Positions 45,857 through 57,002 are shown, numbered from the stretch's first letter. The stretch is DNA of 64,000 bases from Bacteroidota bacterium (GCA_021324735.1 JAJPIO010000009.1:450510-514509); one strand, 5' to 3'. The notes: generated by a model from the letters alone, not told the origin. Translations and numbers: made by a program.

Positions 45857-47233
45857 TTGTCAGACTTTAAATTCATGGCGCTCGGTGGCGGGCGCGAGAT
45901 CGGGGCTAATAGCTTTTATTATTCCGTTGACGGTCAGGGTATCCTGATCGATGCCGGTCTGCATCCGGAAAAAACGGGATGGGCTGCATTCCCCGCGATC
46001 GCTGCTTTGCAGGGGAGCCCGGTCGATCATTTCCTCGTCACTCACGCTCATACCGATCACTTAGGTGCTGTTCCATTCGTGCGTCAATCGTATCCGAATG
46101 TTCCGATTTACGCCACGAGCGAGACGATCGAGCTAAGCAAGATCATGCTTCAGAATTCTGCAAGCTTGTTGCCAAAGCAGCACTCGCAGGAGGTTCTGGA
46201 CGCATTGCCGAATTATGCAATGACAGCGTTGCCCGAGACGATCGAGCGAATGCGACCACTGGACCTCGGAACGTCCGAAACGGTGGCTGGTGGTAACGTC
46301 AGGATCAGTTATTATCCGAGCGGCCACATCCTCGGAGCGGCGGGTATCTATATAGAAGCGGACGGCCAAAAGATCTTTCACACCGGCGATACTTCTCTTC
46401 ACGCGCAACGATTGGTAACAGGGGCGCAACTTCCGGAAGGCCCTATCGATGTACTGGTTACAGAATCAACGAATGGCGTAGTGGACGCCTATCTTACTCA
46501 TTCTCGCGAGAAAGAATTAGAGCGCCTGATCGAGACGATCAACGAGACGCTGAAAAATGAAGGCTCGGTACTTATACCTGTTTTCGCGCTCGGCAAGTTG
46601 CAGGAAATGCTGACGATGATCGGGGATGCGGTGAAAGCCGGTAAACTACCGTCCGTACCGATTTATACTGGTGGCATGGGACGTCGCATTAACGAGGTGT
46701 ACGATAAGTTCTTAACGAGCCGTTCACGCACAAATGATGTAGATAAAACATCCGATATCGAACAGGCTGAATTACCTCGACGAGAATTTTTGTTCGGTGG
46801 CAAGTTCTTTCGCGAACCGAGCATTGTGTTAGCGGCGAGCGGTATGATGCAGGAGGGCACGGCCAGTTACTTCCTCGCTCAGCGTTGGCTGCGGCATTCG
46901 CATTTTACGATCTGCTTCGTCGGATATACCGATCCACGAACGCCCGGATATATCGTTTCCCATGCTCAGCAAGGGACTCGCATACGGTTCGGCTCGATGA
47001 AGCGGGATGTACCGGTCCGCAGTCGTATCGAGCGGTTTAGATTTAGTGCTCATGCTCGGCGCGAAGAGCTCTTGGAAATTGTTAGACGTCTGAAGCCTCG
47101 TCATGTGGTCCTCACCCATGGCGATGAAAAAGCGATGTCGGCATTTGGTGAACTCATTCTCGAGAATTTCCCGGAAATGAAAGTGAGTGCACCAGAGGTC
47201 GGTAAGTGGTATGGCTTTAATGGTTCTCGGTAG
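45857..47233 (+). CDS. MBL-fold metallo-hydrolase of the beta-CASP (RNA-metabolising) type
   Basis: HFLVTHAHTDHLGAVPF is the HxHxDH motif. Length is 458 aa with beta-CASP-like downstream motifs. Confidence 0.75.
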   Translation: MSDFKFMALGGGREIGANSFYYSVDGQGILIDAGLHPEKTGWAAFPAIAALQGSPVDHFLVTHAHTDHLGAVPFVRQSYPNVPIYATSETIELSKIMLQNSASLLPKQHSQEVLDALPNYAMTALPETIERMRPLDLGTSETVAGGNVRISYYPSGHILGAAGIYIEADGQKIFHTGDTSLHAQRLVTGAQLPEGPIDVLVTESTNGVVDAYLTHSREKELERLIETINETLKNEGSVLIPVFALGKLQEMLTMIGDAVKAGKLPSVPIYTGGMGRRINEVYDKFLTSRSRTNDVDKTSDIEQAELPRREFLFGGKFFREPSIVLAASGMMQEGTASYFLAQRWLRHSHFTICFVGYTDPRTPGYIVSHAQQGTRIRFGSMKRDVPVRSRIERFRFSAHARREELLEIVRRLKPRHVVLTHGDEKAMSAFGELILENFPEMKVSAPEVGKWYGFNGSR

Positions 47234-47257
47234 TAGTTCAGCTTCTTCTCAACAGCG

Positions 47258-48232
47258 TTGAAAATAAGTAGTATTGGTGTCCTCACGAGTGGCGGTGATG
47301 CCCCGGGGATGAATTCATCGATTCGTAGCATTGTCCGTGCTGGGTTGCAGCGCGGCCTTCGTGTGATGGGTATTTATCACGGATATTCCGGACTCATGGC
47401 CGGGGACTTCGTTGAGCTCGATGCCCAAAGTGTTTCGAATATTATCCAGCGTGGTGGCACGATCCTCAAAACGGACCGCGCAAAGGAATTCCGAACTCCG
47501 GCGGGACGCAAGCGTGCGGCTGAAGCCATCGCGGCGAATGATGTCGATGCGCTGGTGGTCATCGGCGGTAACGGTACTTTCCAAGGGGCCGAGCTTTTAT
47601 CACAAGAGCATAATATTCCGGTGATCGGCGTGCCATCAACGATCGATAACGATCTCTATGGCACCGATTGGACCATTGGCTATGACACCGCAGTCAATAC
47701 GGCGATCTACAATATCGATAAGATACGCGATACCGCGGAAGCATTGGAACGTACGTTCTATATCGAAGTGATGGGGAGAGCCACCGGATTTATCGCTCTC
47801 GACGTGGGCTTAGCGACCGGTGCCGAATACATTGCCATTCCCGAACGCGAAACCCGGCTCGATGTCGTCCTCAAACTCTTCGAGCGTCAGCGCGCGACGA
47901 AGCGCTCGAATATTATTATTGTGGCCGAAGGAGAAACCCCTGGCACCAGCGCCCTCGAAATCGCGGAGAAGGTGAAGCAGATGAACGGCATGGATTATCG
48001 CATAACGATCCTCGGCCACATTCAGCGTGGTGGTAGCCCCACCGCCCGGGATCGAATTCTTGCAAGCCGGTTGGGTGCGTTTGCGGTCGATGAACTGCTT
48101 GCTGGCTCCTCTTCGGTCATGGTCGGCGAACAGCGGGGAAGCCTCTGCACGACGCCGTTAAAAGAGAGTTTTACGCGAATGAAGCCGATCCATGAGGATT
48201 TGGTCCAATTGAGCGGGTTGCTTTCGGCGTAA
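47258..48232 (+). CDS. pfkA: ATP-dependent 6-phosphofructokinase
   Basis: (TTG start) KISSIGVLTSGGDAPGMN is present. GGNGTF...VIGVPSTIDNDL..TD.TIGYDTA matches the PfkA catalytic motifs. Confidence 0.9.
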   Translation: MKISSIGVLTSGGDAPGMNSSIRSIVRAGLQRGLRVMGIYHGYSGLMAGDFVELDAQSVSNIIQRGGTILKTDRAKEFRTPAGRKRAAEAIAANDVDALVVIGGNGTFQGAELLSQEHNIPVIGVPSTIDNDLYGTDWTIGYDTAVNTAIYNIDKIRDTAEALERTFYIEVMGRATGFIALDVGLATGAEYIAIPERETRLDVVLKLFERQRATKRSNIIIVAEGETPGTSALEIAEKVKQMNGMDYRITILGHIQRGGSPTARDRILASRLGAFAVDELLAGSSSVMVGEQRGSLCTTPLKESFTRMKPIHEDLVQLSGLLSA

Positions 48233-48346
48233 CGAATCCACGAATTTCGCCCGAGTATCCTATTTTTTTTGTAACTTTAAGGCTCACCGGATGTCCCGAG
48301 GTCTGGAAGTTCGGTGCGTAAACGTCTCGTACTTTATTAAAAGAGA

Positions 48347-50300
48347 TATGAAACAGTTGCTTACGGCGTTCTTTGTAACCCTTCTTTCCATTGCATTTTG
48401 CTACTCGGCACAAGCCCAGGGCTTACCCGGTGACAAACTTGACATCGTTAGCTCCAATGCAGTCGCCTTTGTAAAGGCCGATCGGAGCATCCTATATATT
48501 AAGCGGCCGGGTGCATCCGTCGACTCGTACGATCTGGTGAGCCTCATTACCTCCGCAACACAAGGATCGTTTCAGATCGATTCCATTCGGCATCTCGCAG
48601 TTATTGGGATGACTCCGAACCAGGACCACATCGTGCTGGGCGGCGCGCTCTATTTCGTCAATCCGCTTAACCAGCAGCATGTCTCGTTCATTGGTATTTT
48701 CCGGTTACCGTGGCCTCTTACTCTTGCCACCATAACGGCCGATCCGCCGGTCAATACACAGACGTTGGCAATGCCGTGGTTCTTGGTGCCAGCACCAAAT
48801 GGCGCCGGTGGTTTTCATCCGGTTGGAGTTTTATCACCGGATGGCAGCGAATGGTGGGCGACACCACAGAGCAGTTCGGAAGGAAACGAACGCTTAGTGT
48901 TCTACCATGGCAAAGTGGTAGGTGGGACCTCGGTCGATAGCGCTGTAGTAACGACGGAAATTGCCGGCAATGGCCGCCCGCCCCAAGGTGGATGGATCAC
49001 GTCCAATGTTACTCTTGACACCAGCAGTCATACAATGCTGGTCTTCTCCTTTGACGGTATGAACGATCCCTCGCAAAGTGGCCGGTTTATGATCACGCGC
49101 TGGAATCCACAAAATGTAACACCATTATTCTCATGTCTCGACATTACAGGGCAGGTAAAAGGTCTCGCGACGGATATGTACTTTATCGATAGCTTGTTCG
49201 GCCTGACTCTTATTCCTCATCAGGATGGAGGTAACGTCGATCTTGCTATTGCAAATGTAAGTAAACCACGAGATGGCTCGATTCAATTTTATTCCGCCCG
49301 ATACAACTCGATTGGTGCACTAACATCGAGCAGTAATTTACTGTCTAGGCACGTAATACCCGACGCAAATGCAACATTTTTCGCAGGTGGAAAGGCGGGC
49401 TCTTACCAGGACGCCAACTCACAATTCCACAATAATGGCCAGAGCGGAGACATTATGGTAACGAGAGATGGCAGATATGCTCTCTTTACGACACATGGCT
49501 ACCCGTTTGACAGCACCGCCACTTATCCTCATTCGCAGAGGAATGTGAAGTCCGCCATCTATTCTTACGATTTCAATGGCAGCGGTCAGGCACAGCTTAT
49601 CTATAATGATTCGAACGCCCAGGAGATACAACCAGTGTTTGTGCCTTCGTTAGATACAATTCCACATACCCCGAGCTTTAATGCTTCAACCTCGTCCTTG
49701 ACTTTTGCTGCGACTGATACTGGAAAGACCGCTTCGTCATCTGTAACGATCACTGATGCGTCCAGCTTTGCAGGTGGCATCCTCGACTCGGCTGTTATTT
49801 CGGGAGCCAATGCCAGCGAGTTTTCCATCGTTGGCGAATTTCCGGTTACCGTCCAGCATAGTAGTTCTGCAACGATCAACCTGAAGTTTGCACCCGTCGG
49901 GGCCGCGGGCTCGCGCAGCGCAACGCTCAAGATCTATTCGCACATGGCGAACCAGACGCTCTCTATCAGCTTGAGCGGTACAGCCAAAGTACAGCAGGGT
50001 GGTGGTGGCAGTGTTGCCGAGGATCCGGTGCTTGCTGCTAACATGACGGTTCAACCGAACCCGTTCACGGCTCGTACATCGATCGCACTCGTTGCTCCGC
50101 AGGATGGCGCGATCGGGATCGTGGTCCACGATGCGTTAGGCCGTACGGTCTACACTTCGGATGTGCGTAAGGTGGGTGCTGGTGCAACGGAGAATTTCTC
50201 TTTCGATGCACAGTCTCTTGCGCTTCCGAATGGCGTTTACTATGTAACGGCGTTCATTGGAGAGCGCAGCGCATCACGGCAGGTGATCTTCGTTCGGTAG
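48347..50300 (+). CDS. Secreted protein with T9SS C-terminal sorting domain
   Basis: The start is at MKQLLTAFFVTLLSIAFCYSAQA (signal peptide). The C-terminus (...VQPNPFTARTSIALVAPQDGAIGIVVHDALGRTVYTSDV...GVYYVTAFIGERSASRQVIFVR) is a T9SS CTD. The body is unassigned. Confidence 0.65.
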
Positions 50301-50315
50301 GAATTAGGCTTTAAG

Positions 50316-50356
50316 CAAAAAAAGAGGATAGCTTTTTAGCTATCCTCTTTTCGTTT
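50316..50356. terminator. Bidirectional rho-independent terminator between convergent genes
   Basis: AGAGGATAGC-TTTTTA-GCTATCCTCT is a perfect 10-bp stem with A-run and T-run flanks on either side. Confidence 0.7.
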
Positions 50357-50378
50357 TAAATCTATTTAAAGGACGGGA

Positions 50379-50663
50379 TCACTTCCATTGTATATCGCGC
50401 ACCATCCCTTCACCAAATTCCTGTGCGATCTTTTCCATTATGCCGGGCTTCTGCATTTGCAGTTCGTAGCGCCAGACCTGGTTCTTAACCTTAACGGTCA
50501 GCACCCCCTTATCAAGCTTTTCGGGATGAGTAGCTTTTGCAATCTTTTCCCCAACTATTTTAGGCCATGCGGTTATGACCGAATAGCTTCGTGCCTTCTT
50601 ATCGAGGCCGAATTCTTTCAGAGTATCGGGAATAACCTTTTCGAGTGAAATCGGATGCGCCAT
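50379..50663 (-). CDS. DUF721-domain protein (DciA-like, typically encoded next to recF)
   Basis: 94 aa. ...ARSYSVITAWPKIVGEKIAKATHPEKLDKGVLTVKVKNQVWRYELQ matches the DUF721 pattern. It lies downstream of recF. Confidence 0.7.
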   Translation of the reverse strand: MAHPISLEKVIPDTLKEFGLDKKARSYSVITAWPKIVGEKIAKATHPEKLDKGVLTVKVKNQVWRYELQMQKPGIMEKIAQEFGEGMVRDIQWK

Positions 50664-50690
50664 TGCTTTCGTGCAAAGATACTATACTAC

Positions 50691-51845
50691 TTACGCTCCT
50701 CGTAAAATAGGGGCAACGGTTCCGCTCGAGACTTCGAAAAATGCATGATCGCCGGACGAGAAATCCAATTTTTTTTCGAATCGAGAGCGCTCGGTCGACG
50801 TGATAAAGGTTTGACCTAACTCTTCGGAAGCAGCAAGATCGAGCAGTTGGTGAGCGCGATCGTCATCGAGCTCGCTAAAGACATCATCGAGAAGGAGAAT
50901 AGGCGTCTCGCTCGCCGCATCGCGAAGATATTCGAATTCCGCAAGCTTCATTGCAACGAGTAGCGTTTTATGCTGGCCTTGTGACGCGTAAAGCCGGGCT
51001 TCCTGCGTCGGATTTACAAATAATAAAAGTTCATCGCGGTGCGGACCAAAGAGTGTTGTTCCACGGCGAATCTCGTCCGTCTCACATTTTGAAGCCTCCG
51101 AGGCAAGCAACGCCTCATAATCCGTGGCGACGGATTCGAGTCCCATAGGTAAATACTGAAGCGACGGTTCTTCTCGGCTTTGTGAAAGCTTTGAATACCA
51201 CGCAAGAAGCCGTGGCCGGAATTCCTCGGTAAAGCTGGCTCGCCGCCGCATAATGCGGGCGCCATGCTTTCGGACGAGTTCGGTCCAGGGGGCTATTAAG
51301 GGTTGAATATAAGATAGCGAGCGCCCTTGCTGCCTTGAAAGGATCGCATTTCGCTGCTTTAATGCCCGGCGATATTCGAGCTCATCTTCCAGGTATGCTC
51401 GGCTGGCTTGCGAGAGCACCATATTAAGGAAACGTCGCCGCTCCGATGGTCCACCACCCGTAATAACTTTCTCATCCGGCGTGAGAATAACAACGGGCGC
51501 GATCCCAACGAGGTCCGCCGCCGAGCGAATGCGTTCGCTATTGGCAAAGATGCTTTTGCGGATCGGTGGCCCAAGCGTAATTTCTATCTTGACATTATGC
51601 GGCACGCCAAGATCGGTTTGAAAGCGAGCATCGACCGAAAGAGATTGCTCCTCTTTCTTTATGAGAACGCTATCCGAATGAGTGGTAAAGCTTTTAGTCA
51701 GTGTAGCAAGTGAAAGCGCTTCGAGAATAGAGGTTTTGCCTGCTCCGTTCTGGCCAACGAAAACATTGATCTTAGGCGCAAGACCAGACACGCTGGTATC
51801 GCTATGATTGCGGAAGTTCTGAAGGTGAAGAGAGTGTGCTAGCAC
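50691..51845 (-). CDS. recF: DNA replication and repair protein RecF
   Basis: LQNFRNH...VFVGQNGAGKTSILEAL (Walker A), the signature ...LSGGQ-like region and ...LLLDDVFSELD (Walker B/D-loop) are present. Confidence 0.9.
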   Translation of the reverse strand: MLAHSLHLQNFRNHSDTSVSGLAPKINVFVGQNGAGKTSILEALSLATLTKSFTTHSDSVLIKKEEQSLSVDARFQTDLGVPHNVKIEITLGPPIRKSIFANSERIRSAADLVGIAPVVILTPDEKVITGGGPSERRRFLNMVLSQASRAYLEDELEYRRALKQRNAILSRQQGRSLSYIQPLIAPWTELVRKHGARIMRRRASFTEEFRPRLLAWYSKLSQSREEPSLQYLPMGLESVATDYEALLASEASKCETDEIRRGTTLFGPHRDELLLFVNPTQEARLYASQGQHKTLLVAMKLAEFEYLRDAASETPILLLDDVFSELDDDRAHQLLDLAASEELGQTFITSTERSRFEKKLDFSSGDHAFFEVSSGTVAPILRGA

Positions 51846-51857
51846 AGCCCGGTACGG

Positions 51858-52304
51858 CTATGAAAATTGGGCTTCGCGATATAACTCTGTTACAGAATCA
51901 CGCGAAAGAACAACGATAGTGAATACGCCGAGCGCAGTACCCAATGGTAAATGTAAGCAATTGACAGCCGCGACAACTATTGAAAATATCCGATGCTTTT
52001 TCTGCCTCAAAAAAATACCGGATACAATATTAAGCGCGGCCTGGACTACGTAATAGATCGAAAAGAGTACTACGAAAACTTGAAAAAAATCGAAGAACTC
52101 CGGCGGTAATCCATTGGGCCCACTGCGCCATACTTCTGCTCGTTCAAAGATTACACGAATTAACCTATACTCAAACGCGAGCATAGGGAGCATTAAGAGG
52201 GCAAGGCCCGCGCCAACAAAATGAAAGATCGAAAGGAGACGAAGGTGCTCTTCGTCGGTTGCCCGGCGATCGCTTACAAAAACGGGCTGGGCAAATTCAT
52301 TCAT
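51858..52304 (-). CDS. Hypothetical membrane protein between dnaN and recF
   Basis: 148 aa with 3-4 predicted TM helices. No family was recognised. Confidence 0.4.
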   Translation of the reverse strand: MNEFAQPVFVSDRRATDEEHLRLLSIFHFVGAGLALLMLPMLAFEYRLIRVIFERAEVWRSGPNGLPPEFFDFFQVFVVLFSIYYVVQAALNIVSGIFLRQKKHRIFSIVVAAVNCLHLPLGTALGVFTIVVLSRDSVTELYREAQFS

Positions 52305-52305
52305 G

Positions 52306-53421
52306 TTATCCGTTCAGCCGGACCGGCATTACGAGCATGAGCAGATCTTCTTCATTCGTGCTTGCCGGCTCGATGATGGCTGCGCGTGTCGGTGTTGAAA
52401 ACTTGAAGGAGATCTCGTCGGTATCGAGGTGCGCAAGAGCGTCTTCGATAAAGCGGCCATTAAAGCCGATCATGAGATCGTCATTGCCATAGTCGCATGG
52501 AATATGTTCCCGTGCTTCATTGCCGGCGTCGAAATTCTCAGCGAGGATCGACATCTGGTCTTTCGCTAACTGAAATTTCAATTGCTTCGTATTCGCATTG
52601 GCAAAGATGGAGACGCGCTTTACCGAACGGAGCATTGCATCCTTCGAAATGATCAGGTGCTTGTCATTCTCACGCGGAATGACAGCCTCGTAGTTCGGAT
52701 ACCGCTCGTCGATGAGACGCGATAAAATGGTCGTCGGGCCGGAGTGGAATTGCACGTGCGTTGGCGAGAAGCTAAGTGCAATGTTATCAGAATCTTCGAA
52801 AGACTTGGAGACTAAGCTCAAGGCCTTAGCCGGCACGATAATATCCAGTTCGGAATCAGTCTTAAGCGTAACATTTGTAAACCGGACCAGGCGATGTCCA
52901 TCTGTCGCTACGGCGCGAGTACCATCCGGAGAGAACTGGAACAGCACGCCCATCATGCTCGGGCGAAGATCGTCTGTAGAGACCGCGAAGACGGTTTTTG
53001 CGATGAGCCGCTTCAGCGTCGAAGCATCCACATTGATCGAACCCTCCGGCTTGAACTCGCTGGCAGCGTTCGGCAACTGCGCCGTTTCATCGACCGAGAG
53101 TTGGTAGTTACCCTGGCTCGTTTGCAAGAGCGCGCGTCGCGTTGTTTTATCGAGCGTAAATGTAAGCTCACCTTCTGGCAGCGCTCGTACGATCTCATAA
53201 AAGAGCTTTGCCGGTATATTCGCAGTGCCGTCCTTTACGCCACTTACTTCCAGTGATGCCGTGACCGTGATCTCAAGGTCCGTACCGGTAAAAGTAAGTG
53301 CATCACCCTTTAGCTCGACGAGCACCGTCTCGAGCTGAGGTAACGTGGACTTACTCGGAATAACGGCGATAACGCGTGCAAGCGTCTCTTGAAGCGGCTT
53401 AATTTGCGCGATGAATTTCAT
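52306..53421 (-). CDS. dnaN: DNA polymerase III beta sliding clamp
   Basis: The start is at MKFIAQIKPLQETL. The three-domain length (about 371 aa) and ...LELKGDALTFTGTDLEITV are typical of DnaN. Confidence 0.9.
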   Translation of the reverse strand: MKFIAQIKPLQETLARVIAVIPSKSTLPQLETVLVELKGDALTFTGTDLEITVTASLEVSGVKDGTANIPAKLFYEIVRALPEGELTFTLDKTTRRALLQTSQGNYQLSVDETAQLPNAASEFKPEGSINVDASTLKRLIAKTVFAVSTDDLRPSMMGVLFQFSPDGTRAVATDGHRLVRFTNVTLKTDSELDIIVPAKALSLVSKSFEDSDNIALSFSPTHVQFHSGPTTILSRLIDERYPNYEAVIPRENDKHLIISKDAMLRSVKRVSIFANANTKQLKFQLAKDQMSILAENFDAGNEAREHIPCDYGNDDLMIGFNGRFIEDALAHLDTDEISFKFSTPTRAAIIEPASTNEEDLLMLVMPVRLNG

Positions 53422-53623
53422 GGATGCGGCTCGAACAGAAATGGATGGACTACTGCCAGTGTCTCTGGTCAGGTTTCTGGCTTTGGTATAACTCAAATTC
53501 ACGACTTCCAGCGCCGGTTTGAGTTCAATTTTATCAACAAAATCGGAAAACAGAAAATCAGTGCGGGAATTCCCTAAGTGAAAGAATTCCTACTTCGAAC
53601 TAAAATTGGCCGAAAGAGCCGAT

Positions 53624-55138
53624 TTATATTGACCTTCGGGTGATTCTTTGGCCAAGTATTTTTGCTCGTTGCCATAACCAACGTAGTAGCATGGCCCAAC
53701 TACGGCTGATCGAAAGATCGGCTTCCAAAAGGAATCGCAGATCGCGCACATCTTCATCCGACATAGGAAGCTGCGATGGCTGTGAACCGGTAACAGGCAT
53801 TCCTTCTCCCGGTTCTTCCGGCTTACCCAGGAATTGCCCCAGGAGTCGGCGGAGGTGATCGTCCATTGCCTTTAGCCGGTTCGAAAGATGTTCATCCGTC
53901 TCGAACCGTTGAAGGAATTGAATATGGTCGTGCAACACCGCTAACTTTTTTGTTACTTCGGGAGTCAAAAATTCTTTTGCTTCTTCTTCGAGCGCAGCGG
54001 CGAGGGCCTCCAGATCGCTGATCGTTTCCGGGTCAGCTCGAAAGCGCTCTTTCTCGACGATGTCGTCAACGTTTATGTAGACGGATGAAAGTTGTTCAAG
54101 CTCATGCCCGAACGGAATTTTGCGCTGAGCGATCTGTGCTCGTACTCCGGCAAGCATTTGTTCGAGCATATGCCGCCGCGTAGCACCTTCGGTTACACGC
54201 AATTGGTGTTCGATGTCGTTCTTCTGGCTTTGTAGATCGAGTAATAGCCGGTCTTTTATCTGTCCTCGGGAGACCATGTCCGCGAGCTGTGCTTCATTGG
54301 GGATCACCTCCACATGGCCGATCTTTACCGTGTGAATTTGAATATTCTCATCCATTCTCGCGCGAATGTGTTCGAGATCGAGGGAGACAGCGCCATCCGT
54401 GATGATGAGAATTTCGGCGCCCGACAGATGTTCCATTTCATGGATGTCATCCAAGGCCTGAAAAATAGCACGTTGCAGGATCGTCCCTTCGCCAAGATGA
54501 TTAATTCGAAGTACGAATCGCATAAGCGCTTCGTAGCTCGCCTGGTCGACCGCCGTATGAAGTTCGCCTAAATGGTCGTCGAACGTACGAAGGCTGATAT
54601 GGCCAAGATCGACCTTGTTGCGCTTCAGGAAAAGGTAAAGGATCGCTTTGGCAAGATGGATGCGATGGTGAGACGCCATCGAGCGGGACGTATCGAAGAG
54701 CACATACACTTTTTGCTTGCGGCTGTCGAAGGCGAATCCTTCTTCCGAGTCGTCGATAGGGAGGATAACGCCCGAACGGGCGACGGGCATCCAAAGCTCG
54801 CGCAAAGCAAGCCGCTGTAAAAATACTTCCTCCGGAAGAAGAAACTGGCTCGGATAAATTCGCGAGACATCGAGATAGCTGGTAATGAGATCGGCGGCAT
54901 ATCGATCGCCGGCAGGGGAATAGCGGTGGAAGTCTTCTGCTTTATCAAGCCTCCTCGTATTGGCCGGTACCGGCAACCGGAATACCTTTTCTAATTTCTG
55001 TGAGAGCTCGTTCGTGTTATCTTCCAGGATACGCGCGATCTCGAAAATGGCTGTAAAATCTGGCGGCAGCTTCTCGTAGATGTGCGAGAAGAAGCCAAAC
55101 TCCTCCATTACCGGGAAAAATGCGCGCTCGGAAGACAA
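53624..55138 (-). CDS. VWA (von Willebrand factor A) domain protein, distal gene of the MoxR-like operon
   Basis: VYVLFDTSRSMAS is the MIDAS DxSxS motif. ...TILQRAIFQAL... and ILIITDGAVSL complete a VWA fold at about residues 140-310. The N- and C-terminal regions are not recognised. Confidence 0.7.
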   Translation of the reverse strand: MSSERAFFPVMEEFGFFSHIYEKLPPDFTAIFEIARILEDNTNELSQKLEKVFRLPVPANTRRLDKAEDFHRYSPAGDRYAADLITSYLDVSRIYPSQFLLPEEVFLQRLALRELWMPVARSGVILPIDDSEEGFAFDSRKQKVYVLFDTSRSMASHHRIHLAKAILYLFLKRNKVDLGHISLRTFDDHLGELHTAVDQASYEALMRFVLRINHLGEGTILQRAIFQALDDIHEMEHLSGAEILIITDGAVSLDLEHIRARMDENIQIHTVKIGHVEVIPNEAQLADMVSRGQIKDRLLLDLQSQKNDIEHQLRVTEGATRRHMLEQMLAGVRAQIAQRKIPFGHELEQLSSVYINVDDIVEKERFRADPETISDLEALAAALEEEAKEFLTPEVTKKLAVLHDHIQFLQRFETDEHLSNRLKAMDDHLRRLLGQFLGKPEEPGEGMPVTGSQPSQLPMSDEDVRDLRFLLEADLSISRSWAMLLRWLWQRAKILGQRITRRSI

Positions 55139-55211
55139 GGGAAGTTATGAATTGATCGTGGATTCGCGGACGCTAATCCGTGAGTTGTTCGAACTCATTT
55201 TAGGTACATTA

Positions 55212-55820
55212 TTACATAAAGTAATATCTAAGCACAATACCAGTTGATGTTGCGGTACTAAAATTCCATGCGGAAGTCGTCGTCGCAGGCTCATATTTAG
55301 CACGACCACGAATCGTGGCAGCGTATGAAATAAACCCGGCGATAGAAAAATGCTCCTTGCTGTCAAGTGCATACTCCGGTCCAGCAATTAAAGCAAGGCT
55401 TGTACTCAAGTACTGGGAGCTATGTTTAATCGTATCGTAAGTATACTCATACGTCGATCGATAGCCGGTTACAGTTACGCGTGGGCCAGCGGTAAAATAT
55501 AGATTGTCGAATGGATAGCGTACTCGCCAATGCAGATATGCACCCAGACCGAGCGTAAGGGACATCGAAGTGGAATAATCGTTCGAATTTACCTCATTGT
55601 CCGAGGACGTAAACCCGATCATCGGTTCAATGCGCCACGCTCGACCATAACTATTTAGATCGGGACTTTGCCACGAAATTAGTAACAGACTCGAACCGGA
55701 AAACTGAAATCCTAATCCCATTTTCGAGGATGGCAAAGGTTTCAGATCGGCTTGGGCGTAACACGTCGCTGTAATTATAGAAAGGACCGAGAGAAATACA
55801 ATTGTTTTCATTGTGGACAA
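55212..55820 (-). CDS. Small outer-membrane beta-barrel protein (OmpW/OmpA-like barrel)
   Basis: Signal peptide MKTIVFLSVLSIITATCYAQA. Alternating beta-strand pattern. The C-terminus is ...GIVLRYYF(M), aromatic. Confidence 0.5.
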   Translation of the reverse strand: MSTMKTIVFLSVLSIITATCYAQADLKPLPSSKMGLGFQFSGSSLLLISWQSPDLNSYGRAWRIEPMIGFTSSDNEVNSNDYSTSMSLTLGLGAYLHWRVRYPFDNLYFTAGPRVTVTGYRSTYEYTYDTIKHSSQYLSTSLALIAGPEYALDSKEHFSIAGFISYAATIRGRAKYEPATTTSAWNFSTATSTGIVLRYYFM

Positions 55821-55826
55821 AAATAT

Positions 55827-57002
55827 TTAAGACAAAAACTCGATCGTAATATCCATGATCTCTGGCGTATTACCAATACGGATCGGAGGTCCCCACGTGC
55901 CGGAACCACAGGAGACATAAATATGGGTATTACCTTTTTTCTTATATCCCCAACTCACTTCATACACTCGTTGTGTGATATAATTCCACGGCCATATCTG
56001 CGCATGGTGCGTGTGACCGGAAAGCTGCAGGTCGACGCCATTTTGTTCTGCTTGTTCGAGATGAAACGGCGTGTGGTCCATTAAAATAAGGGGCTTGGAC
56101 TGATCCAGTAACGCCACCAACACTTCGAGTGTCTTCCGTTCGACATTTGCAAACTGCTTCGCTGCAATATCCTCGCGACCGACCAAATAAACGCCAGCCA
56201 CTTCAGTAGTCGCATCTCTCAGCATTGTAATGCCATGCGCCTCCAGATAAGCGCAGCTCGTTTCCGCATTACCGATATATTCGTGGTTGCCAGTGATAGC
56301 AAAGACGCCATGTTTGCTTCTGATCTGCTTCAACTCAGCACCCAGATCCAACTCCATCACCGGATGCGGATTACCATCCACTTGATCGCCGATCATCAAT
56401 ACCAGGTCTGCATCGATCGAATTTATTTTGCGGATCATCTGCTGTACCATTCGCCGTCCGATGAGCGAGCCCATGTGCATATCGCTGATAGCGGCAATTC
56501 GAAGAGTCGATCCCGGCTTTTCTATTTTTATCCGAAGTGGCTTTATCCTAATATTCCGGGCATTTAGAAACCCCAGGAACATCGATAGCAAGATAAAACC
56601 GGAAGTCACTGCGCCGATAATGGCTTTATTCTCTTCTGAGAGCGAGGGAATGAAGCCAAAGATGAGGTTTAATAGTCTGACAAGATCAACTAATGCCGAG
56701 GCAAGAAAAAACCATGTCATTGCGCCCAACCAGAAGGATCCTATCCATGTAAGAAGATCGCTTACGAATGAGCTCGATCGTCGCTCGAGGAATTGCCCAA
56801 CGAGGTAGCACAGGACGATAAAAAGAAAGACCGGGGGAAAAACAGAATGAACCCAGCTACTTGCTGAAATAGCGTCCATCAACCGCTCATAAATATACAA
56901 ATTGATGAGGCCATATATTGTGAGAACGATGGAAAAGAAGATAGCAAATGAGCGGCGGCGTTCTCTTCGCCGCTCTCGAACTTCGAGCGTTGCGTCCTGC
57001 AC
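55827..57002 (-). CDS. Membrane-anchored calcineurin-like metallophosphoesterase
   Basis: N-terminal multi-TM region. Then IAAISDMHMG, LMIGDQVDG, ITGNHEY and SGHTHH: the full set of metallophosphatase metal-binding motifs. Confidence 0.8.
   Translation of the reverse strand: MQDATLEVRERRRERRRSFAIFFSIVLTIYGLINLYIYERLMDAISASSWVHSVFPPVFLFIVLCYLVGQFLERRSSSFVSDLLTWIGSFWLGAMTWFFLASALVDLVRLLNLIFGFIPSLSEENKAIIGAVTSGFILLSMFLGFLNARNIRIKPLRIKIEKPGSTLRIAAISDMHMGSLIGRRMVQQMIRKINSIDADLVLMIGDQVDGNPHPVMELDLGAELKQIRSKHGVFAITGNHEYIGNAETSCAYLEAHGITMLRDATTEVAGVYLVGREDIAAKQFANVERKTLEVLVALLDQSKPLILMDHTPFHLEQAEQNGVDLQLSGHTHHAQIWPWNYITQRVYEVSWGYKKKGNTHIYVSCGSGTWGPPIRIGNTPEIMDITIEFLS

Noticed and set aside
53422-53623. 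oriC upstream of dnaN.
   Set aside because: Only one weak DnaA-box-like 9-mer is present (TTATCAACA). There is no AT-rich DUE with repeated boxes and no dnaA gene.
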